A DNA stretch of 50,264 bases from Candidatus Ornithoclostridium faecigallinarum (GCA_018713665.1 DVOI01000021.1:1-50264), one strand, 5' to 3'; counted from the stretch's first letter, positions 1-7,234 are shown. Notes: a model not told the origin generated them from the sequence alone. Numbers and translations: made by a program.

Positions 1-1075
1 TCTGTTCACAATAGCTCTCTTCGCCTATCTTGAATTCAATATTGACGACAACGCCCCCATATCTTCTCTGCTCGTTCAAAACTGCCGCTACTTCCTTGTC
101 TGCGTATGTCGTATATCCGTTTTTGGCATTATAAGCAAAGTTATTGATGGAATAGAGCATTTCTAATGCATTCCCAAGCTGCCCACTCAACGCCCCGACT
201 TGTTCTTGCAATGCATGAATCCCTTGTTTTGTCTCTTCGGAGTTATCTTCTATGTTGTCAAGCTTTTCATTTTGCTTTTGATGAGCCTCCTTGGTCTCTT
301 TTTCAATTTTTCCTACTTTACTCTTGATATCATTGATATCATTTTTGATGTCGACAATTCCGTCCTTGATGTCGTCAAGATAAGATTCTATCGATTGACC
401 GAATGCTTCATATGTCTTGTTTTGGGCTTCGGTCGCTTGATTAATCGTCTTGATTATCGCTAGCGAAAAATCCGAGTCTGACAGCTCATCTTTGGTGGCT
501 TCCGCGATTTTGGCAATCATCTTTTTGAAAAAGCCCTGTTCGCACAGCTTTTCTACTTGCTCTTCGGACATTTTGTCGGATGTGTATTCGCCCCTATTGC
601 CAATGGAAAGCACAACGCATCCATCGAGAGTCACCCCTCCGTTGATTGTCGTACCTTTGTAGTTGATCCCCGTGAATTGATAGCGACGTTCATCTTTCTT
701 GCTTGCTTTCTTATCGCCGCTGCCTTCCGAATTTTCACCTGCCGTTCGCCCTTCTTTTGCGATTTCATCGCGCTTCTTCTCAATTTGAGGCAACAACGAT
801 TCGCGCCACTCGTCGTCTTTAAGTTTGTAATCTACAACCTCGTTGAAAATCTTTATCTTTCTTTCACTGCGTAACCCCCAACTCCACCTTCTTTCCCCGT
901 GCAATGTCTTCATCAATTCCTTAATCGGCTTGACATCAAAAAACTCATCGTCAGTCAAACGCTCTGCCGCTTCTTCTATTTGAGCGGCAAGCGCTTTCCG
1001 TTCGAGAAAATTACTGCTCTCTACAGCCTCGATGAATCCTTCCTTGTTGATGTAAGCGGACTTCTTGGCGGACAT
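1..1075 (-). CDS. Orphan hypothetical protein, 3' end cut by the window edge (>=358 aa); C-terminal half looks helical/coiled-coil
   Basis: Absent from the ORF track because it runs off the window. Hand translation of the minus strand from ATG 1075 gives MSAKKSAYINKEGFIEAVESSNFLERKALAAQIEEAAERLTDDEFFDVKPIKELMKTLHGERRWSWGLRSERKIKIFNEVVDYKLKDDEWRESLLPQIEKKRDEIAKEG... and stays open through nt 2. AAGGAGA Shine-Dalgarno at 1081-1087. The region is visibly more AT-rich than the rest of the window. Confidence 0.65.
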   Translation of the reverse strand, partial: MSAKKSAYINKEGFIEAVESSNFLERKALAAQIEEAAERLTDDEFFDVKPIKELMKTLHGERRWSWGLRSERKIKIFNEVVDYKLKDDEWRESLLPQIEKKRDEIAKEGRTAGENSEGSGDKKASKKDERRYQFTGINYKGTTINGGVTLDGCVVLSIGNRGEYTSDKMSEEQVEKLCEQGFFKKMIAKIAEATKDELSDSDFSLAIIKTINQATEAQNKTYEAFGQSIESYLDDIKDGIVDIKNDINDIKSKVGKIEKETKEAHQKQNEKLDNIEDNSEETKQGIHALQEQVGALSGQLGNALEMLYSINNFAYNAKNGYTTYADKEVAAVLNEQRRYGGVVVNIEFKIGEESYCEQ

Positions 1076-1130
1076 AATGCTCTCCTTTGTCGGTTGCGTG
1101 ATACTATACAAAACATCCCCTATTGTTTAT

Positions 1131-1159
1131 ATTATAAGCTTTTGTTGACGTAATGTCAA
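1131..1159 (-). promoter_or_regulatory. Consensus sigma-A type promoter (TTGACA-17-TATAAT) for the orphan gene
   Basis: The minus strand reads TTGACA (1159-1154), a 17-nt spacer, then TATAAT (1136-1131), about 55 nt upstream of ATG 1075. Confidence 0.55.
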
Positions 1160-1255
1160 TAGCCGACAATGATTTTAATCACTAGTAAAACAATCGGCAA
1201 CTCGCGGCGCAAAATGAGCGCCGCGGCGGATATTTTTTTGTTTACGGAGACGGAA

Positions 1256-2476
1256 TCAACTCTTTTGTTCGTTCAAGTCGGGAAGGTCGGTCGAAGGCTT
1301 TTTGTGCGAAATGACGAGCAACAACACCGAGCAAATTGCGAGGATGAGCGGGAAGATCATCGCAAAGAGAAGCCCTGTCGAGAGTTCGCCGCCGCGGGCG
1401 TCGGAGACCAGCCCGACGAGGGTCGGTCCCACGGTACAGCCGACGTCGCCGCCGAGGGAGAGGATCGCAAACAGCGCGGTACCGCCCTTGGGCATACGCC
1501 CTATCGCGAGGCTGAACGTCGCCGGCCAGAAGATGCCGACCGAAAGCCCGCACAGCGCGCAGCCGACAAGTCCCAACGCCGGAACGGGCGAAAGCGCGGC
1601 AAGCAGATACGACGCCACGCAAAGCACACAGCTGCATGCGATCGTGAGAGGCGCGTTGAGCCTCGCGCCGAAGCGCGCATACAGCACCCTCGCGACGCCC
1701 ATAAGTACCGCAAACAAACACGGGCCGAACAAATCGCCCATTGTCTTGGAGATGCCGAGACCGCTCTCGGCGAACGCAGAAGCCCATTGGCTCATCGACA
1801 ATTCGGACGCGCCCGCGCAAAGCATCATCACCGCAAACAGCCAAAATGTTCCGCTCGAAAACAGCGTGCGCAAACGCGTGCCGCCCTCTTCTTCCTGCAA
1901 CTTGCCGACCGGCACAAAGCCGTAATAGATCGCGTTGAAGATCGGCACCGCCGCCCAGCCGACCGCCAGCCAGCGCCAATGCTCCGAACCGATCGCCAAC
2001 AGCAAAAGCGTCGTCACCAAGATGACCGCCGCACTGCCCCAGCAATAAAACGAGTGAAGCAAGCTCATCGCGCCCGTCTTGTCCGTCGTCGGGCACGCCT
2101 CGGCGATCGGGCTGACAAGCACCTCGATCAATCCGCCGCCGATCGCATAGAGCACGACCGCGATTAAGAGCCCTGCATAGGAATCGCCGACGCCCGGGAA
2201 GACCGCAAGCCCGATGAGACCGGACGCGCAAAAGACGTGCGCGGCGATTATGCACGGCTTGTAGCCGATCTTGTCCACGACCTTGGCAGACAGCATGTCG
2301 ACGATCAATTGCGTGACAAAGTTGATCGTGACAAGCATCGTGATCTTGTCCAACCCGATCGAAAATTCCGTTTGAAATGTCAAAAACAGCAAGGGCGCAA
2401 AGTTGTTGACGATCGCCTGAGTGATGTATCCGATAAAACACGCCGAAAGCGTGTGCTTGTAGGTCAATTTTGCCAT
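1256..2476 (-). CDS. MFS transporter
   Basis: 406-aa ORF with many hydrophobic segments and a typical MFS N-terminus (MAKLTYKHTLSACFIGYITQAIVNNFAPLLF...). The overlapping Arg-rich ORFs in other frames are compositional artefacts. Confidence 0.85.
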   Translation of the reverse strand: MAKLTYKHTLSACFIGYITQAIVNNFAPLLFLTFQTEFSIGLDKITMLVTINFVTQLIVDMLSAKVVDKIGYKPCIIAAHVFCASGLIGLAVFPGVGDSYAGLLIAVVLYAIGGGLIEVLVSPIAEACPTTDKTGAMSLLHSFYCWGSAAVILVTTLLLLAIGSEHWRWLAVGWAAVPIFNAIYYGFVPVGKLQEEEGGTRLRTLFSSGTFWLFAVMMLCAGASELSMSQWASAFAESGLGISKTMGDLFGPCLFAVLMGVARVLYARFGARLNAPLTIACSCVLCVASYLLAALSPVPALGLVGCALCGLSVGIFWPATFSLAIGRMPKGGTALFAILSLGGDVGCTVGPTLVGLVSDARGGELSTGLLFAMIFPLILAICSVLLLVISHKKPSTDLPDLNEQKS

Positions 2477-2491
2477 AGTTTCACCGCAGTC

Positions 2492-2520
2492 ATTTTACTA
2501 TAAGCAAAGGGCAATGTCAA
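2492..2520 (-). promoter_or_regulatory. Putative promoter of the MFS gene (TTGACA-17-TAAAAT)
   Basis: The minus strand reads TTGACA (2520-2515), a 17-nt spacer, then TAAAAT (2497-2492), 16 nt upstream of ATG 2476. Confidence 0.45.
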
Positions 2521-2528
2521 CGATCCGA

Positions 2529-2559
2529 GCCCTCTCGCGCGAGACGAGCGCGAGAGGGC
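2529..2559. other. Perfect 12-bp GC-rich hairpin of unknown role
   Basis: GCCCTCTCGCGC (2529-2540), loop gagacga, GCGCGAGAGGGC (2548-2559). No clean U-tract on either strand. It abuts the first tandem repeat unit. Confidence 0.5.
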
Positions 2560-2740
2560 TTGTCAAGTTTTGTGAACCGCTTTTTTGAAAATTTTGCGCG
2601 ATCCCACAAAAAGCGGAAAACGGGTATTCGGCTTGTCAAGTTTGGGTGTCACTTTTTTATACCTTTTGCCAAAAAGCCGACGATCACCGCTTGCGCCTGT
2701 CAAGTTTTTGAGTACGAATTTTTTGAAAAATTTTGCAAAA
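2559..2740. repeat. Three degenerate tandem copies (period 73 and 64 bp) of a module CTTGTCAAGTTT-N8-11-TTTTTTGAAAATTTTGC
   Basis: Units start at 2559 (cttgtcaagttttgtgaaccgcttttttgaaaattttgc), 2632 (cttgtcaagtttgggtgtcacttttttataccttttgcc) and 2696 (cctgtcaagtttttgagtacgaattttttgaaaaattttgc). The core CTTGTCAAG is a 9-nt palindrome. Confidence 0.6.
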
Positions 2741-2961
2741 CGTCGTAACAATACCCTGTTTTTGAGCGGATCTTGAAAAATCATTTTTATCATTATACGA
2801 TATATTTCGCCTCAGGCGATGTTACATTCACTTTACATCACCGCCGAAAAATGTCAAATATACGTTACATCGCCGATGTTTTTGAAAACTGTTGATTATC
2901 TCTCATGCGTCACTCTCCTCTCTCCCGAAAAATGCGCGCCGTGAAAATTTTTCGCCTTTTC

Positions 2962-2990
2962 TTGCGGCAGTGCGTGAGGTGTGATATAAT
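2962..2990 (+). promoter_or_regulatory. Putative promoter of the TIR gene (TTGCGG-17-TATAAT with extended -10 TG)
   Basis: TTGCGG 2962-2967, 17-nt spacer, tgaTATAAT with TATAAT at 2985-2990. This leaves a ~55-nt leader before ATG 3052. Confidence 0.45.
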
Positions 2991-3051
2991 TATACTGCTC
3001 GGAGCGCGCCCTCAAACGCCGCGCCCGAGACTTCGACCGAACGAGGGAATT

Positions 3052-4056
3052 ATGGAAAAGTTGGTCTTCGTCAGCCACGCGCGCGAGGCGGACGGCGAAA
3101 AAGCGGATCGCATCGTAGAATATCTCGAAAGCCACGGCATCGGCTGTTTCATAGCGCCGCGCGATATCACAAAAGGCGCATCGTACGCCCCCAAACTCGT
3201 CGCCGGCATAGACGCGGCTACGGTCGTGCTGCTCATCGGCACGCCGGCGATTGTGGGCAGAGAACATATACTCAACGAGATCGAGATCGCCGTCAACAAG
3301 CACAAGACCATCGTCCAATTCGTCATCGAGGACTACACCCCGTCCGACGACCTCGTCTACTACATCAGCCGCAAACAAAAACTCATCGCGCCGACAGGCG
3401 ATTATGAGGCGTTTTTGCCCACGCTCGAACACGAGCTGCGCGTCACGCTCGGTCTGCCCGAAAAGTCCGCCGAAAAAGGGGCGAAAGACTTCTCGGACGA
3501 GACGAAATACAAGGTGTTTCAATACCTTTCCGACCGCGGCATCATGATCAACCCCTCCGACCAGCACCGCAACGTCAGCTTCCGAAGCGACACGTTCGTC
3601 ACGATGTTCGGACAAATCTACGACAGCGTCGCCAGGCTCACCGACCCGGCAAGCGCGGAAGGCATCTTCTATGACTGCGGTTGCCAAAGCGGCTACAACT
3701 TCGGCCGCAGACTGCAAAGTTCGTGGGACGAAAAGAACGAGTACCTCCTCGCCTCTCCGCAGGAAAAGCTCGCGAAGTGGTGCGAGTTCGACTCCAACGT
3801 CGGCTGGGGCAAGTTCGAGTGCAACATCTCCATCGACCCCGAAAACGACTCCCTCGAAGGCAAATTGACCGTCAGCGAGTGCTTCCTCGTCGACAAGTCG
3901 CCCGTCCATCGTCCTGTTTGCGCGTTCATACGCGGCTATTGCGAGGCGGTAATCGGCGTGCTCCTCGGCGACGTCGAGGTCAAGCTGACCTGCGCGTCCT
4001 GCCCCCTCGTCAAAAAGTTCAAAAACGTGTGCGAGTTTGACATCTCGCTCAAATAG
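3052..4056 (+). CDS. TIR-domain protein fused to a V4R-like small-molecule-binding domain (334 aa)
   Basis: The ORF track gives 2905..4056. I start it at ATG 3052, which follows a GAGGGA Shine-Dalgarno (3043-3048). The N-terminus MEKLVFVSHAREADGEKADRIVEYLESHGIGCFIAPRDI...ATVVLLIGTPAIVGREHILNEIEIAV has a TIR_2-like layout. The C-terminus has GWGKFE, VCAFIRGYCEAVIGVLLG and CASC..CEFDI, which are V4R-like landmarks. Confidence 0.8.
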   Translation: MEKLVFVSHAREADGEKADRIVEYLESHGIGCFIAPRDITKGASYAPKLVAGIDAATVVLLIGTPAIVGREHILNEIEIAVNKHKTIVQFVIEDYTPSDDLVYYISRKQKLIAPTGDYEAFLPTLEHELRVTLGLPEKSAEKGAKDFSDETKYKVFQYLSDRGIMINPSDQHRNVSFRSDTFVTMFGQIYDSVARLTDPASAEGIFYDCGCQSGYNFGRRLQSSWDEKNEYLLASPQEKLAKWCEFDSNVGWGKFECNISIDPENDSLEGKLTVSECFLVDKSPVHRPVCAFIRGYCEAVIGVLLGDVEVKLTCASCPLVKKFKNVCEFDISLK

Positions 4057-4086
4057 CGCAGCGGCTTGCGTTGCCGCCGTGCGGCG

Positions 4087-4112
4087 TTTGAATCGTTGTC
4101 TTGCGATTCAAA
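4087..4112 (+). terminator. Hairpin downstream of the TIR gene (9-bp stem), without a U-tract
   Basis: TTTGAATCG (4087-4095), loop ttgtcttg, CGATTCAAA (4104-4112). A flanking GCGGCG/CGCCGC pair could extend the stem. Confidence 0.3.
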
Positions 4113-4178
4113 CTCAATGCGCCGCAAAAGCCGACGTTACACTGCCGCTCGCTCAAACATCAATCTCTCCGACCGCGG

Positions 4179-4207
4179 TTGCATTTCGCCGCCGACTGTG
4201 CTATAAT
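4179..4207 (+). promoter_or_regulatory. Putative promoter of the MDR-like gene (TTGCAT-17-TATAAT, extended -10)
   Basis: TTGCAT 4179-4184, 17-nt spacer ending in tgc, TATAAT 4202-4207. AAAGGAGA Shine-Dalgarno and ATG 4228 follow. Confidence 0.5.
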
Positions 4208-4227
4208 GTAGCAGAAAAGGAGAACTT

Positions 4228-5196
4228 ATGAAATCCTGGATCGTTTCCAAACCCGGAGAATTGTCGTCGGCTGTCGCCGAAGACGCGGCGCTGCTTCAGG
4301 ACGCGGCGCGCGTTCGCTTGGCGCGTGCGGCAATCTCTGCGTCCGACATCGCCGCATTCAAAGGCAAGACGCGCAAACTGCCCGTCATCCCCTGCCGCAT
4401 CGCGATGGGGCTCGTCGGCGAAAGCAACGACATCACCCTCAAAATCGGACAACGCGTGATGCTGTCCCCCTACCGCCATACCGAAAAGGGAACTTTGGTC
4501 AAGGGCGTCGACTGCGACGGCTATCTGTCCGATTTCGTCACCTGTCCGCGCTCGGAGATCTATGTGATGCCCGAGGGAATATCGGACGAGTCAATCGTCT
4601 TTGTCGAAGATATCGCGCGAGCGGTCAACGCTCTCGAAAAATTGGACATCTCCAAGACGCAATACATATTGCTGAGCGGATGCACGGTGCTCAACTTCAT
4701 CATCGCTCAACTCGCCATCTACTATCAGGCAATCCCCATCATTGTCGACAATCGGCGCGAAATGCTCGATCTCGCCGAGGATATGGGCGTCTACTTCACC
4801 GCCAACCCAGACGAAGAAGATCTGTTCGACAAGGTCAAGGAATTGACGTCCGGCGCAATGTGCGATTGTCTCGCCGCAGACGCGGACTTCTTCCCCGAAG
4901 CCGGCAAATTGCTGTCCTGCCTCAAACCGGGAGGCAAAGCGGCGTTTTGCGGAGAAGGCAGTCTGTCCACGACGGCAAGCGCGCCGATTGCGGAAATCGT
5001 CGCAAAGCGCCTCGAAGTGTTCGGCATTCAATCGGGCGACGGCGAACTCGAGACTGCAATCAACATGCTCGCGACCGAGATTGTCAAGGTCGACAAATTG
5101 GTAGGCAAACTCGAAGAGTTTTCGGACGCGCCGGCGGTCTTCAAACGCCTCTCCGAACAACCCGTGCCGGGCATCAAGACGGTCATAAGATTCTGA
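4228..5196 (+). CDS. Medium-chain dehydrogenase/reductase (zinc-ADH) fold protein with degenerate zinc and dinucleotide motifs
   Basis: 322-aa ORF with a strong Shine-Dalgarno site. The layout is GroES-like N-domain plus Rossmann domain. The motifs are degenerate: AISASD replaces GICGSD, CRI replaces GHE, and SGCTVLN replaces GxGxxG. Confidence 0.8.
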   Translation: MKSWIVSKPGELSSAVAEDAALLQDAARVRLARAAISASDIAAFKGKTRKLPVIPCRIAMGLVGESNDITLKIGQRVMLSPYRHTEKGTLVKGVDCDGYLSDFVTCPRSEIYVMPEGISDESIVFVEDIARAVNALEKLDISKTQYILLSGCTVLNFIIAQLAIYYQAIPIIVDNRREMLDLAEDMGVYFTANPDEEDLFDKVKELTSGAMCDCLAADADFFPEAGKLLSCLKPGGKAAFCGEGSLSTTASAPIAEIVAKRLEVFGIQSGDGELETAINMLATEIVKVDKLVGKLEEFSDAPAVFKRLSEQPVPGIKTVIRF

Positions 5197-5210
5197 CCCG
5201 AAAACATGAA

Positions 5211-5247
5211 GCGGACCGACGTCGTGTCGGTCCGCCTTTGTCTTTTT
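5211..5247 (+). terminator. Rho-independent terminator of the MDR-like gene
   Basis: GCGGACCGAC (5211-5220), loop gtcgt, GTCGGTCCGC (5226-5235), followed by ctttgtcttttt. Confidence 0.75.
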
Positions 5248-5298
5248 CAAGCTCTCGTTTTGTCGTTTTCGCCGCAAAAAGCGGAAACATATCGCGAA

Positions 5299-6648
5299 TT
5301 ATCTCTCTTGCACAATGTCCGCCGCCGCCCTGTTCACTGTGCCGGCGCCCAACAGAAGCACCGCGTCGCCTGCCTTGGTGTGCGCCGCAAGATATCCGCG
5401 AAGAGCGGCGTAATCGGGCATGTACATGCTCTCGGGTCTGCGCGCCTTGAGACGCATATAGAGGTCGTAACCGCTCTCTCCGTCGCTAGGCTTTTCGCGC
5501 GCCGCATAGGTCGGCAATATCAACACCTCGTCCGCCCAATAAAAACACTCGACGAACGCCTTTGCCATCGCCTTGGTGCGGCTGAACGTGTGCGGTTCGA
5601 AAACGGCGACGATCGCACCCTTGGCCATAACTCGCGCGGTGTCGATCGCCGCCGCTATCTCGTCGGGATGATGGGCGTAATCCGTGAAGACTTCCGCGCC
5701 CGTCCCGAGCGTCCCCAATCTCTCGAAACGACGCTTGACGCCGTTGAAATTTTCGAGCGCAGCCGCCGAACGCTCCGCAGGTATCCCCAATTGCGCCGCG
5801 AGCGCGATTGCCGCGAGCGCGTCGGTGATATTGAACTTGCCTCTGACCTTCAGTCTGCACCGCGCCTTGCGCTCTCCCCTCTCGACGACGGCGAACGAAT
5901 AGCGGCCGTCATTGTATCGGATATCCTCGGCGCGATAGTCGCACTCGGAATAGCCGAACGTCACGCACCTCACGCCCTTTGGGCACAGCCCCGTGTCCGC
6001 CGTGCGGACGACAAGCGCGCCGCCCCGCTCGATGTTGGACGCAAAATCACGGAACGCCGCTTTGAGCTCGGCAAGATCGCGATAGCAATCGGGATGATCG
6101 AACGCTATCCCCAGCACCGCCGCGACGTCCGGTTTGAGCGCCAAAAAAGTGCGGTTGTACTCGCACGCCTCGGTGACAAACAGCTCGTCGCCGCCCGTCG
6201 ACGCGCACTCGTCTCCGACGCAGTCGCCGCCGATATGCCCGACAAACTTGCGCCCCTCGGCGCGCAATATCGCGCAAAGCATCGCCGTGGTCGTCGTCTT
6301 GCCGTGCGAGCCGGCAATCGCAACCGTCTTGTCAAAAGACGACGCGACAAGCGCCAAAAACGCCTTCCTCTCCAAACACAGCGCCCCGGCTTCGCGCGCG
6401 GCGACAAGCTCGGGATCGTCTCTCGGAATCGCCGCGGTGTAGACTACGAGCGGCTTCGTCGCCGCAAACGCGGAGTCGTGTCCGCAATAGGCGCGTATCC
6501 CGTGAGCGACGAGCATGTCAAGCGCGTCGGAGCTCTCCCTGTCCGAACCGCTGACGTTCATCCCCCTCTCTTTGCATAGCAGCGCGAGCGACTTCATGCT
6601 GACGCCGCCGACGCCGATGAAATGTATATCTCTGTGATCGCAAAACAT
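5299..6648 (-). CDS. murC: UDP-N-acetylmuramate--L-alanine ligase
   Basis: 449 aa. N-terminus IHFIGVGGVSMKSLA and the Mur ligase P-loop GSHGKTTTTAM. Confidence 0.95.
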   Translation of the reverse strand: MFCDHRDIHFIGVGGVSMKSLALLCKERGMNVSGSDRESSDALDMLVAHGIRAYCGHDSAFAATKPLVVYTAAIPRDDPELVAAREAGALCLERKAFLALVASSFDKTVAIAGSHGKTTTTAMLCAILRAEGRKFVGHIGGDCVGDECASTGGDELFVTEACEYNRTFLALKPDVAAVLGIAFDHPDCYRDLAELKAAFRDFASNIERGGALVVRTADTGLCPKGVRCVTFGYSECDYRAEDIRYNDGRYSFAVVERGERKARCRLKVRGKFNITDALAAIALAAQLGIPAERSAAALENFNGVKRRFERLGTLGTGAEVFTDYAHHPDEIAAAIDTARVMAKGAIVAVFEPHTFSRTKAMAKAFVECFYWADEVLILPTYAAREKPSDGESGYDLYMRLKARRPESMYMPDYAALRGYLAAHTKAGDAVLLLGAGTVNRAAADIVQER

Positions 6649-6864
6649 ACCACATTATATGCGTGCGGAAGCGCGTCGTACACACCGCTGCGGCGTCCTG
6701 CGACGAGGTTTCGCAAAGCAACACCGTATAAACATATTGTTATACGGCTAAAAATATGGACAAAACGGATATGTTTGCGACGCATATGAATCGCCTGTTT
6801 GACACCGTAAGCGTGCGCAACTGCAAATATTTTGCGATACATTCGAAAATATACCGCAAAATCG

Positions 6865-6893
6865 TTGCCAAAATCCCGACCATATTATATAAT
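6865..6893 (+). promoter_or_regulatory. Putative spoVG promoter (TTGCCA-17-TATAAT)
   Basis: TTGCCA 6865-6870, 17-nt spacer, TATAAT 6888-6893. AGGAG Shine-Dalgarno precedes ATG 6923. Confidence 0.4.
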
Positions 6894-6922
6894 ATTGACA
6901 AGTACTTTTTAGGAGTAAAGAT

Positions 6923-7189
6923 ATGCAACTGAGCAACATAAAGATAAGACTTGTCAACAAGGACGACGAACTCCTCAAAGCGGTCGCGTCGGTCGTCATC
7001 GACGACTGCTTCGCAGTCCACGACATCAAGATCATCAGCGGCAAAGCCGGGCTGTTCATCTCCATGCCCAGCCGCAGGACCTCCGACGGGCACTACCGCG
7101 ACATCGCACACCCTCTCGATTCGGAGACGAGGGACCTGTTCTCCTCGGCGATCCTCGCCGCCTACGAAGAAGAACTCAAAAACGCGTGA
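6923..7189 (+). CDS. spoVG: Septation protein SpoVG
   Basis: 88 aa. AVASVVIDDCFAVHDIKIISGKAGLFISMPSRRTSDGHYRDIAHPL matches the SpoVG core. Confidence 0.95.
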   Translation: MQLSNIKIRLVNKDDELLKAVASVVIDDCFAVHDIKIISGKAGLFISMPSRRTSDGHYRDIAHPLDSETRDLFSSAILAAYEEELKNA

Positions 7190-7205
7190 TTTGCAAATCA
7201 AAAAA

Positions 7206-7234
7206 CCGGACGCCCCAACGGCGCCCGATTTTTT
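7206..7234. terminator. Bidirectional terminator between spoVG and the ATPase gene
   Basis: CCGGACGCC..GGCGCCCG hairpin with an A-run upstream and TTTTTT downstream. It lies between convergent genes. Confidence 0.55.

Noticed and set aside
200-1153. Four plus-strand ORFs (87, 70, 105 and 84 aa) in the AT-rich left end
   Set aside because: Their products are Phe/Leu/Cys-rich nonsense. The minus strand carries one continuous ORF with a perfect promoter and Shine-Dalgarno site.
1203-1239. 8-bp GC hairpin (CGCGGCGC/GCGCCGCG) with a T-run, downstream of the MFS gene
   Set aside because: The T-run is on the plus strand and 7 nt from the stem. On the gene's own (minus) strand no U-tract follows. 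I was not confident enough to call it a terminator.
2563-2793. 76-aa very basic minus-strand ORF across the tandem repeats
   Set aside because: It has no Shine-Dalgarno site before its ATG. Its internal periodicity simply mirrors the DNA repeat, so it is more likely non-coding.
2905-3051. 49-aa N-terminal extension of the TIR ORF as given in the track
   Set aside because: The extension is Arg/Pro-rich and overlaps the predicted promoter. ATG 3052 has a GAGGGA Shine-Dalgarno and begins exactly at the TIR beta-A strand.
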